64,000 nt of DNA from Erysipelotrichaceae bacterium (GCA_017431405.1 JAFRLB010000077.1:21515-85514); one strand, 5' to 3'. Counted from the first letter of the stretch, positions 50,078-58,603 are shown. Program-made: numbers and translations. The notes: generated by a model not told the origin, from the letters alone.

Positions 50078-52375
50078 TTATACCTTGTCGTACATGGTTC
50101 TGGACAGTAACTCCAGCTGTACGTTCTTAGATAAGTTAACAAATACGGCTGAGAATCCTGATACACGGACAATTAAGTTCTGATGGTTTTCCGGATGTAT
50201 CATGGCATCCTCTAATGCATGGTGGTCAATTACGGTTACCATCAACTGACAGCCACCCTTCTTGAAGTAGCCCTTGAACAGTAAGCCGATCTTTTCAATG
50301 TTATCCTTGAAGAAGTTCTTCTGGAACTTGATGTTCTGTACCTGACCTACCTGATAATGTGGGTCAAACTTAACCAGTGAGTTAAGCATTGCGGTTGGGC
50401 CGCTCTTATCAGCGCCACCCTGTGGGTTATTGGATGGGTTCATGAATACTCTTGAATTACGTCCATCCGGTGAAGCACTGGTGCTGTTGCCCCATAAGGT
50501 ATTGGTCTGGTTATTAATGATAACGATGCCATAGTAATGTAAGCCCATTTCCGGACCCATTTCATAGTTACGCTTAGCTACTAAGTTATAGACATCGTTG
50601 GCAATTTCATCTGCGTATGGATCATCATTGCCATATTTTGGTGCATCCTTCAGATCCTGCTGCATCTGTTCATAACCGACAAAGTCTGCCAGTAAGGCAT
50701 TATTGATTTCTCTTAAGGTATATTTCTTATCTTCAAAGACAAGTTTCTTAATGGCTACCAATGAGTCAGAAGCATTGATATTACCATAGGTTTCATTACA
50801 GCCGCCTAAGTATCTGACGCCGCCATCCAATAATGGCTTGCCTCTGGCAATACAGTCATTCATCAGGTTACTTACAAACAGGAATGAAACCTGAGTGTTC
50901 ATGAAGTGGTAACCCATTACCTGCTGCTTAACACACATGTCATTGTAGTAGTCACTGAGCTTGCAATAGTCTTCCCAGAACTCTTCGTATGTATGATAGT
51001 CTTCCAGTTTTCTTAAGATGACCGGACCAGCCTTATAACGGCCGTCAATTGGGTCAACGCCTTCATTCATCTGAATGGTGACTAACTTTAACAGGTTGAT
51101 TACGGCGTTTGGTGTACCTACGGTATAGGTCTGTAAGTTCATTTCGCCGCAGCCAAACATTGCGTACTGTTCAGCTTCCTTTTCCGGTACTCTCATGCAA
51201 TGTGCCAAGCCAGGAATGGTTACTTCATCGTTGTATAATGTCGGGAATGTAGCGCCATCAGCTAAACAATCCATTGCCTTATCCCAGATGTCCTTAGGTG
51301 TATCTTCATATAATCTCAGAGTAAACTGAGGTTCTACCTGTCTCATTTCCTTACATACATCAAGACAGATTCTAGCGAATTCATCTGCAGCAGCTGGGTT
51401 TCTGCGGCCACGGCCACCAACGATCAGTCTGCCGTTAACGGTTGTTCTCTTATTTTCAATTAATACCCATAAGCTTCTGACGATCTTATGAGCTTCTTCC
51501 TTTGTTAAATAACCTGATTCAAAGTCCTTAACCAGATAATCACCTAAGACATCATCAAGACGGCCATAGTTGATACAGCCGGCTAATAATGCATAGAGCC
51601 ATGTTGCTTCCAGGGCATCCATGAAATGAACAGGCTTATCTGTTCTGATCGTACATAAGGAATCCTTGATTCTCTGCAATTCATACTTTCTCTGTTCATC
51701 AGCTGTTTCCATGTCTTTATCAATCATGTCGATATAGTAGTCACAGCAGACTGTAAACAGATCCATTGCTTCTAATGAACACTGTAAGAATTCATTATCT
51801 GGTTCTTCTTCCAGTCTCTTTTTAATTACATTCTTTAAACCGGTAATACCTAGGTCACACAGCTTGTTATAGTCAAGCATCATGCCACTTAATCTAGGAC
51901 CTGCTGTAATAGGTGCGTTGTATATTGTCTGCATGTTATCGCCATAGACGACTTCAGGACGATAGTTACGGCTGTACTGGGTTCTGGTATCATACTTTGT
52001 CCAGTATTCATCTAAAGCGTCGATGCGTTTTAACAGATCTTCTTCTTCGATGCTGTCACGTAATTTATATAAATTGGCAAAGTGGCAATAATGACCTACC
52101 CCGCCAACAGAGGTTACTGCGCCAAATCCAATCGGCAGAAAATCCATTCTTCCTGCCAGTAAATCATCAGGTAAAATGGTTCTTAAAAGTCTTGGATATA
52201 TTACTTTCAAGCACTCCAGTTCTCTTCTTGACTTACTGGATTGAGAGAACTTGCGGTGCGTCTCGGTATATAATTCCATAATTTCAACCTGTTCTCTTGG
52301 AGATTTTTCACAGGCCAGTTTTGATTTGATTTCTACATTTGTATGCTCTCTCAGTTTTCTTGTTGCTAAAGACAT
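50078..52375 (-). CDS. Glycyl radical enzyme paralog GRE-4 (type B')
   Basis: 765 aa with RVSGFSAVFVNL and MFGCGEMNLQT. The N-terminus is GRE-2-like. Confidence 0.9.
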   Translation of the reverse strand: MSLATRKLREHTNVEIKSKLACEKSPREQVEIMELYTETHRKFSQSSKSRRELECLKVIYPRLLRTILPDDLLAGRMDFLPIGFGAVTSVGGVGHYCHFANLYKLRDSIEEEDLLKRIDALDEYWTKYDTRTQYSRNYRPEVVYGDNMQTIYNAPITAGPRLSGMMLDYNKLCDLGITGLKNVIKKRLEEEPDNEFLQCSLEAMDLFTVCCDYYIDMIDKDMETADEQRKYELQRIKDSLCTIRTDKPVHFMDALEATWLYALLAGCINYGRLDDVLGDYLVKDFESGYLTKEEAHKIVRSLWVLIENKRTTVNGRLIVGGRGRRNPAAADEFARICLDVCKEMRQVEPQFTLRLYEDTPKDIWDKAMDCLADGATFPTLYNDEVTIPGLAHCMRVPEKEAEQYAMFGCGEMNLQTYTVGTPNAVINLLKLVTIQMNEGVDPIDGRYKAGPVILRKLEDYHTYEEFWEDYCKLSDYYNDMCVKQQVMGYHFMNTQVSFLFVSNLMNDCIARGKPLLDGGVRYLGGCNETYGNINASDSLVAIKKLVFEDKKYTLREINNALLADFVGYEQMQQDLKDAPKYGNDDPYADEIANDVYNLVAKRNYEMGPEMGLHYYGIVIINNQTNTLWGNSTSASPDGRNSRVFMNPSNNPQGGADKSGPTAMLNSLVKFDPHYQVGQVQNIKFQKNFFKDNIEKIGLLFKGYFKKGGCQLMVTVIDHHALEDAMIHPENHQNLIVRVSGFSAVFVNLSKNVQLELLSRTMYDKV

Positions 52376-52423
52376 AGTATCACTCGCTTTCTTCAGTTGT
52401 GGATAGTTTATAAATACAGTTAC

Positions 52424-52457
52424 AGCTGTCCCTAATATTTTCCAATTAAGGACAGCT
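52424..52457 (-). other. Conserved intercistronic hairpin after NanE-like gene 1
   Basis: 13-bp stem agctgtccctaat/attaaggacagct with one wobble pair. No T-tract follows. Confidence 0.5.
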
Positions 52458-52476
52458 TATTTTCAGATTTTTATGC

Positions 52477-53256
52477 TTATTCAGCCTTGTTTTCAGTTAC
52501 ATCACCGAACCAGATCATTTCATCCTTATGCCAGTCTGTGGTGTAGCGGTTCAATGCGTCAGTAAACTTTCTGACGATCAAGTGTGGACGGGTAATTGCA
52601 CTGCCGACAACGATGGCATCTGCACCCATGTACATAGCCTTGACAGCATCCATTGGGTATTCAATATTGCCTTCCATGACAACGAATGCTCTTTCTCTTA
52701 AGCCCTTTGCCATTCTGGCAACTGCGCCATAATCAGGACGCTTGTAGCCAAGAGCCTTAGATTCCTTAGTAATACCCATACATGTTGTAGCAACGATATC
52801 AGCACCTAAGTCAATTGCATGTTCAGCATTTTCGTATGAATCGATATCAGCGAAAATTAATGCATCAGGAATTTCCTTCTTGATTTCCTTGATCAGATCA
52901 CAGCGTGGAACGCCCTTATGGTTAGGTAACTGAGTAGCGTCTAATGCGATGATCTGAGCACCAGCATCATATAATGCCTTGGCATGTTCGATAGTTGGAG
53001 TCATGATTATTGTGCCAACTGTATCGTAATAGATCTTGTGTAAGCCTACGATCGGCAGATTAACTGCAGCGTGAATAGCAGCTACCTGTTCTGGCTTGTT
53101 TGCACGGATACCAACAGCTCCGCCATATTCAGCAGCTCTTGCCATCATAACAACAGTTCTGCCGTCATTATGAATTGGGTCATGTGGTTCAGTCTGGCAT
53201 GAAACGATCATTCCGCCTCTCATGCTGTCTAATAATGCCTTCTTATCAATACTCAT
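52477..53256 (-). CDS. NanE-family putative N-acylmannosamine-6-phosphate 2-epimerase, paralog 1
   Basis: 259 aa. Motifs: MIVSCQ, GGAVGIRAN, LPIVGLHK, TPT, ALDAT, EGNI, VVGSAITRP. All are NanE hallmarks. Confidence 0.8.
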   Translation of the reverse strand: MSIDKKALLDSMRGGMIVSCQTEPHDPIHNDGRTVVMMARAAEYGGAVGIRANKPEQVAAIHAAVNLPIVGLHKIYYDTVGTIIMTPTIEHAKALYDAGAQIIALDATQLPNHKGVPRCDLIKEIKKEIPDALIFADIDSYENAEHAIDLGADIVATTCMGITKESKALGYKRPDYGAVARMAKGLRERAFVVMEGNIEYPMDAVKAMYMGADAIVVGSAITRPHLIVRKFTDALNRYTTDWHKDEMIWFGDVTENKAE

Positions 53257-53324
53257 TATTTTTTTCCTTTCTTGTTTTACATGAACAAAGAGGCTCTGTG
53301 AGCCATTCCTCTTTATAGATTTAC

Positions 53325-53356
53325 AGCTGCCCTTTGCCAGGCGGCAAAGGACAGCT
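53325..53356 (-). other. Conserved intercistronic hairpin after NanE-like gene 2
   Basis: 14-bp stem agctgccctttgcc/ggcaaaggacagct with one wobble pair. Its flanks are homologous to the 52424 hairpin. Confidence 0.5.
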
Positions 53357-53369
53357 TATTCAGTTTTGA

Positions 53370-54143
53370 TTATTCAGCTTTTGTTACATCGCCATACCAT
53401 GTGGCTTCTGCTTCATGCCAGTCTGTGGTGTAGCGGTTCAGAGCGTCAGTGAACTTCTTAACGATTAAGTGTGGACGAGTAATTGCACTACCAACTACGA
53501 TAGCATCAACACCCATGTACATAGCCTTGATTGCATCTTCAGGAGTTTCAATGTGACCTTCCATAACAACGAAAGCTCTGTCCTTTAAGCCCTTAGCTAA
53601 TCTTGCTACTGCAGCGTAGTCTGGACGCTTGTAGCCCTGAGCCTTTGATTCAGGAGTGCCGCCCATACATGTTGTAGCAACGATATCAGCACCTAATTCG
53701 ATTGCGTGTTCAGCATTTTCGTATGTGTCGATATCAGCGAAGATCAGTGCATCTGGGATTTCCTTCTTGATTTCCTTGATCAGGTCGCAACGTGGTACAC
53801 CTAAATGGTTCAGACGCTGTGTGCTGTCTAAGGCAATGATCTGTGCACCAGCTTCATATAAAGCCTTAGCATGTTCAATGGTTGGAGTCATGATAATTTC
53901 GCCCATTGTATCGTAGTAGATCTTATGTAAGCCTACGATTGGCAGTTTAACTGCAGCATGGATAGCAGCAACCTGTTCAGGCTTGTTTGAACGGATACCA
54001 ACAGCTCCACCATATTCAGCAGCTTTTGCCATAGTAACAACTGTCCTTCCCTCATCATGGATAGGGTCATGAGGTTCGGTCTGGCATGAAACGATCAATC
54101 CACCTCTCATGCTGTCTAAAAGTGCCTTTTTGTCAAAACTCAT
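53370..54143 (-). CDS. NanE-family putative N-acylmannosamine-6-phosphate 2-epimerase, paralog 2
   Basis: 257 aa with the same motif set as paralog 1 and most positions identical to it. Confidence 0.8.
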   Translation of the reverse strand: MSFDKKALLDSMRGGLIVSCQTEPHDPIHDEGRTVVTMAKAAEYGGAVGIRSNKPEQVAAIHAAVKLPIVGLHKIYYDTMGEIIMTPTIEHAKALYEAGAQIIALDSTQRLNHLGVPRCDLIKEIKKEIPDALIFADIDTYENAEHAIELGADIVATTCMGGTPESKAQGYKRPDYAAVARLAKGLKDRAFVVMEGHIETPEDAIKAMYMGVDAIVVGSAITRPHLIVKKFTDALNRYTTDWHEAEATWYGDVTKAE

Positions 54144-54201
54144 TTTCTGTTTTACCTTCTTTCTATTTTGATATAGAGTGAATCTATTTATGGCCTAAAT
54201 C

Positions 54202-55116
54202 TTAACCGCCTGCCTGAACCTTGAGTCCCAGCTTATCGCCAAGAGCTTCATAATGCTTCAGGTCAGCCTTGCTCATCATCTTTGTACCCTTTAAGGCATA
54301 ATCACGGCCTAACTGTTCATACTTGTTTTCGCCTAAGTTATGGTAAGGTAAAAGATTTACTTCAGGTATGTTCAGACTGGCTGCCATTTCAATGATGGCT
54401 GTCAGTACTTCTTCTTCATAGTTGTAACCAGGGATAACCGGTACACGGATAACGATCTTTTCAGCGGCGATCTCTGCCAGCTTACGTAAGTTTTCCTGGA
54501 TTCTCCAGCCGTTACCACCGGTGATTTCCTTGATCTTTTCAGGAGTTGACTGCTTCATGTCGAACAGGAACTTGTCAATTAAAGGTTCTGCCTTCTTCAT
54601 TTTTTCCCAATCAGTATCGCCTGTTGTTTCAACAGCTGTGCTGATGCCTAATTCCTTGGCTCTCTGTAAGATGTTGTAGAAGAAATCAAACTGTACGAAT
54701 GGTTCACCACCAGATACGGTAATACCGCCGCCTGATACATCGTAGTAATCCTTGTCTCTGGAAATGTAATCAATTACTTCATCAACAGTCTTGATGTCAC
54801 CGATGAAGTTGATTGCCTTACCCGGACAGTTTCTTTCACAGGTTTTACAGCCAATACACTTGCTGCGGTCAAATTCCAGATGATCACCGACAATTGTAAT
54901 GGCATGCTGTGGACAGTTACGTGCACATGTTCCACACTTCAAGCATTTCTTAACGTTGTACATCAGCTGTGGTTTGATCTGCTGAGATTCTGGGTTTGCA
55001 CACCAAGGACATCTTAATGGACATCCCTGAATGAAAACTGTTGTTCTGATACCAGGACCATCATGGATGGCAAATCTTTCCATTTCCATGACACTACCCT
55101 TAACTACGTCTGCCAT
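54202..55116 (-). CDS. Glycyl radical enzyme activating enzyme (radical SAM, with ferredoxin-like insert)
   Basis: Start trimmed to MADVVKGSVMEMERFAIHDGPGIRTTVFIQGCPLRCPWCANPES after the RBS GGAGG. Also has CLKCGTCARNCP and CIGCKTCERNCP clusters. Confidence 0.9.
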   Translation of the reverse strand: MADVVKGSVMEMERFAIHDGPGIRTTVFIQGCPLRCPWCANPESQQIKPQLMYNVKKCLKCGTCARNCPQHAITIVGDHLEFDRSKCIGCKTCERNCPGKAINFIGDIKTVDEVIDYISRDKDYYDVSGGGITVSGGEPFVQFDFFYNILQRAKELGISTAVETTGDTDWEKMKKAEPLIDKFLFDMKQSTPEKIKEITGGNGWRIQENLRKLAEIAAEKIVIRVPVIPGYNYEEEVLTAIIEMAASLNIPEVNLLPYHNLGENKYEQLGRDYALKGTKMMSKADLKHYEALGDKLGLKVQAGG

Positions 55117-55176
55117 AATTACCTCCATTTGCAACTTTTTGATTGTTTTTAAACTTTTATATTCAATTTCACCAAT

Positions 55177-55205
55177 AATATAACATTTTTACCCTTTATT
55201 GTATA
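55177..55205 (-). promoter_or_regulatory. Candidate promoter of the activase-NanE-GRE operon
   Basis: Minus strand TATACA, 17 nt spacer, then TGT-TATATT (extended -10). The -35 overlaps the GTATATACAT motif. Confidence 0.35.
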
Positions 55206-55393
55206 TACATTTGCCAGTGAAATTGCATATTCTTTCATAATAAATCAATTTGTGACATTATGCATTTTTAGCACAAACATTCACAGTAATTAAAGCTCCA
55301 CTGGAATTACCAACAGAGCTTTAATTCTCTCTGAAACCAGCTGTGATTTCAGAATGGTAAACCAGATGATTTTTGACTCATCCAATTGAAGTT

Positions 55394-56029
55394 CTATACG
55401 TATTTTTCAACTTCCAGGATGGAAGTGATTATTACATCAGCTTCCTGCTGTCTGGCAAAGCCATCAACATCTCTTAAGGCAATTGTAAACGCCCCGGCCG
55501 CCTTGCCAGCCCTGATGCCTAATGGTGAATCCTCAATTACTATTGCCTCTTCAGGTAAGACATTATGATCTCTGATCGCTTCTTCAAAAACGAATGGATC
55601 AGGCTTGATATGCCCTGTTTCCGTACCGCTGTAGAACTTATCGAAATAATGCATCAGATTTGTTTTTTCCAGGATATCGCGGCCAATTACCGGTACGGCA
55701 TTGGTAGCGATGCTGCATGGAATGTTTTTGTTTTTTAAATAGATAAGCAGTTCTTCAATGTTCTCTGTCAGAAGCTCATGCGGATCTTCCGGATAATACT
55801 TGAACCAAGGTCCGTGAATCTTATCCCAATTTCTATATGCCTCCTGATTGCCGAAAGTAGCATCCATGACATTACGGAAATCCAGATGACTGACACCCAT
55901 GAAATTTGAGATGTCATCATGTGTATAACTTACCCCTGCCTCATCGAGTTGCTTCATGAATACACGCATGTTAAGCGTTTCAGTCTGGGCAATTACACCG
56001 TCAAAGTCAAATATTACCAGCTTAATCAT
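55394..56029 (-). CDS. HAD-IA family hydrolase (beta-phosphoglucomutase / sugar phosphatase-like)
   Basis: Start trimmed to MIKLVIFDFDGVIAQTE after the RBS GGAGGG. Confidence 0.75.
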   Translation of the reverse strand: MIKLVIFDFDGVIAQTETLNMRVFMKQLDEAGVSYTHDDISNFMGVSHLDFRNVMDATFGNQEAYRNWDKIHGPWFKYYPEDPHELLTENIEELLIYLKNKNIPCSIATNAVPVIGRDILEKTNLMHYFDKFYSGTETGHIKPDPFVFEEAIRDHNVLPEEAIVIEDSPLGIRAGKAAGAFTIALRDVDGFARQQEADVIITSILEVEKYV

Positions 56030-56249
56030 AATACCCTCCAAATACACTCTTAATAGTATATACAATATATCACATTACCATTTTAATGTATATACATATA
56101 ACTGATTATTTATCACAATATATAAAAAATCTGCCTTTTATAAAAAGCAAATAATTATTTAATATGTTTAAAACTCACATTTTTTCAAAATTAGTATATA
56201 CATTTATAATAATCTGTTATACTGATGTACAAAAAGAGGTAAAGAACTT

Positions 56250-56834
56250 ATGAGATTGGCTATTGATATTGACGGATGCATGACAGATGACAACAGATTC
56301 AGACTTGAACAGCATGGAAAATACTTATACGAACACAACCTGCCGGAAATGGATCTGCCATACGAAAGCGAGATAAAATGTGGCTATTTTACTGAAGAAC
56401 AGGTAAACGAATTCTGGAATGCCACATTCTTTGAATACATCGAAAACGTGCAGCCTTTGTTATATGTTTCTGAAGTCATGCATAAGCTTAAGGAAGACGG
56501 CCATACAATTTTCATCTGTACAGGCCGTGTCGGTTCTACCAGGCAGGACGAATATGGCGAAAAAGTAAGAAACATTACCATTAACTGGTTAAAGAAATAC
56601 GACATTGTTTATGATGATATCATTTTTTCGGGTTTTCCTAAGATCAATTACATACGTCCATACAACTGCGATCTGTTTGTTGAAGACAATACACGTACTG
56701 CTACAATACTGGCTAAGGAAATGCCCGTGCTCTTATTTGATAATCCTTATAACGTTAACTACGAATGTGATAATGTAACCAGGATATTCAGCTGGTACGA
56801 CATTTACCGCCACATAAAAGAAGGAACCTACTAA
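56250..56834 (+). CDS. HAD-superfamily 5'(3')-nucleotidase-like protein (NT5C type)
   Basis: 194 aa, MRLAIDIDGCMTD nucleophile motif, with length and layout like the NT5C family. Confidence 0.5.
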   Translation: MRLAIDIDGCMTDDNRFRLEQHGKYLYEHNLPEMDLPYESEIKCGYFTEEQVNEFWNATFFEYIENVQPLLYVSEVMHKLKEDGHTIFICTGRVGSTRQDEYGEKVRNITINWLKKYDIVYDDIIFSGFPKINYIRPYNCDLFVEDNTRTATILAKEMPVLLFDNPYNVNYECDNVTRIFSWYDIYRHIKEGTY

Positions 56835-56877
56835 AAAAAGCAGTCCCCTGAGATCATTCCTCAGGGGATTGCTTTTG
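56833..56877. terminator. Bidirectional terminator between convergent genes
   Basis: Stem tcccctgag/ctcagggga, extended by agca/tgct. A7 lies upstream and T4 downstream. Confidence 0.7.
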
Positions 56878-56937
56878 TCTATAGTGACTATATCAGATTA
56901 TAGTCAGTTTTTATGAGTGCAATATTATGAATTGATT

Positions 56938-57798
56938 TTATAATACGTGTAATACTACACCGATGACTGAACATAAGATGATACCAAGAATGATCTGCCA
57001 TGGTTTTGCATGTTTTACTCTGATGAGATTCAGCATCCACAGAGTAAACAATACAGGCAGGATCTTTGGTACGATTGAGTCAATCAGTGACTGAACATTA
57101 AATGCGATATCGCCATCTGGGCCAGAATATGTGTATCCTAACTTGATGTTGATATTAACAAATGATGTTGTCATAGCGCCCATGGTCATCAAACCTACGA
57201 TAGTAGCATACTGTGTAATTAATGGAATGATACCTGTTTCAGCAGCACTTCTTAAGAACTGTGAACCACCGTTCCATGCCATGATTGGTAAAACGTGACG
57301 TACAATAGCACTTGGGATATTGTATGAAACGAAGTAGATGATTGGACCTAAGATGCTTCCCTGTAATGAGTAACCAACAGCTAAACCTGTTGATAAGATC
57401 TTGAAAGATCCCCAGAACAGAGAGTCACCGATACCAGATAATGGGCCCATTAATGCAGCTCTAACACCGTTGATAGAAGCTACATCGTAATCTGGATTCA
57501 TAGATGCTTCCTTTTCCATTGATGCGATTAAGCATGCTAAGAATGGAGCAACCTGTGGTGTAATATTGAAGAAGCCGTCTTCACGTAAGTAAGCAGTGAT
57601 TCTGTCCTGCTTTGAATGACCTCTTGCATCACTGTAGTATTCTTCAATGACTGGAGCCATTGAGTTAACGAATGCTACGCCCTGCATTGTTTCATAGTTG
57701 AATGCAGTATTAACACGTGCAGCACGCCAGATAGTTTCGTTAACAACTTTCTTGTCAACGCTATCTAAGTATAACAGACTATTTTTCTTCTCACTCAT
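56938..57798 (-). CDS. PTS mannose/fructose/sorbose family IID component
   Basis: 286 aa with a typical IID N-terminal cytoplasmic region and C-terminal helices. Overlaps the IIC stop. Confidence 0.85.
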   Translation of the reverse strand: MSEKKNSLLYLDSVDKKVVNETIWRAARVNTAFNYETMQGVAFVNSMAPVIEEYYSDARGHSKQDRITAYLREDGFFNITPQVAPFLACLIASMEKEASMNPDYDVASINGVRAALMGPLSGIGDSLFWGSFKILSTGLAVGYSLQGSILGPIIYFVSYNIPSAIVRHVLPIMAWNGGSQFLRSAAETGIIPLITQYATIVGLMTMGAMTTSFVNINIKLGYTYSGPDGDIAFNVQSLIDSIVPKILPVLFTLWMLNLIRVKHAKPWQIILGIILCSVIGVVLHVL

Positions 57799-58582
57799 CG
57801 AATAAGTCCTCCTCTCCGCCTGCAGCCTTTACAGTTGCAGGAGCAGCTGTACGGCCGAAGTTGTAGTTAACTAAGCAGTACAGAACACCAGCGGCAGCAA
57901 CACCCAGCATTGGGATGCCTAAGTAAGCTGCTAAGAACCAACCTAACCAGTAGAATACAGCTGTCTTGTTAGACCAGATGATATTCAGGATCAGGGCGAT
58001 ACCAATAGCAGGAATGAAGCCTGTAGCTGTTGATAAGCCTGTCATTAACCACTGTGGTAATGAAGCGATGAACTGTTCAACAGCACCTGAGTTACCACTT
58101 GCAGCGATTAAAGCAACACCTAAGAGTACATGAATTGAAGCAGCCATGTTATGAACAGCGATGATCAAGTACTGTAAAGCATGCAGTTTCTTTGGCTCAG
58201 CCTGTTCACAAAGAGCAGTAACTCTAGGGTTGAAGAATGATTCCAGGGTTAATACAACTGGAGCCCACTGAGCACCTAATAAAGCTACAGGTACTGCAAG
58301 GGCAACAGCTGCCTCCTGGTCGACGCCTAACAGGATAACCATTGCTGTAGCGATGGCGGTACCAGCTACTGAGTCCTGAGGCATTGTAGCACCAATGTTG
58401 ATAGCACCAAGGAACAATAATTCAAGTGAACCACCAAGTGTAATACCAGTTGTGATATCACCTAATACTGCTCCGACGAATGTGCCTACAAATATTGGCT
58501 GCGACAAAAATGTGTAACCAAACCATGTATTCGCTAAGTTACTGAAAATAACCACGATATACACTAATAAAGCATTTAGCAT
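57791..58582 (-). CDS. PTS mannose/fructose/sorbose family IIC component
   Basis: 263 aa polytopic protein, ...LGDITTGITLGGSLELLFLG... typical of IIC(Man). Confidence 0.85.
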   Translation of the reverse strand: MLNALLVYIVVIFSNLANTWFGYTFLSQPIFVGTFVGAVLGDITTGITLGGSLELLFLGAINIGATMPQDSVAGTAIATAMVILLGVDQEAAVALAVPVALLGAQWAPVVLTLESFFNPRVTALCEQAEPKKLHALQYLIIAVHNMAASIHVLLGVALIAASGNSGAVEQFIASLPQWLMTGLSTATGFIPAIGIALILNIIWSNKTAVFYWLGWFLAAYLGIPMLGVAAAGVLYCLVNYNFGRTAAPATVKAAGGEEDLFDE

Positions 58583-58603
58583 TTCGTTCTCCTTTCTATG
58601 AAA

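Noticed and set aside
43190-52375. A periodicity of about 2.3 kb that could be mistaken for a large tandem repeat, CRISPR-like array or mobile-element copies.
   Set aside because: The repeats are intact protein-coding paralogs. There are no short spacer/repeat units, no terminal inverted repeats, and no transposase or integrase genes anywhere in the window.
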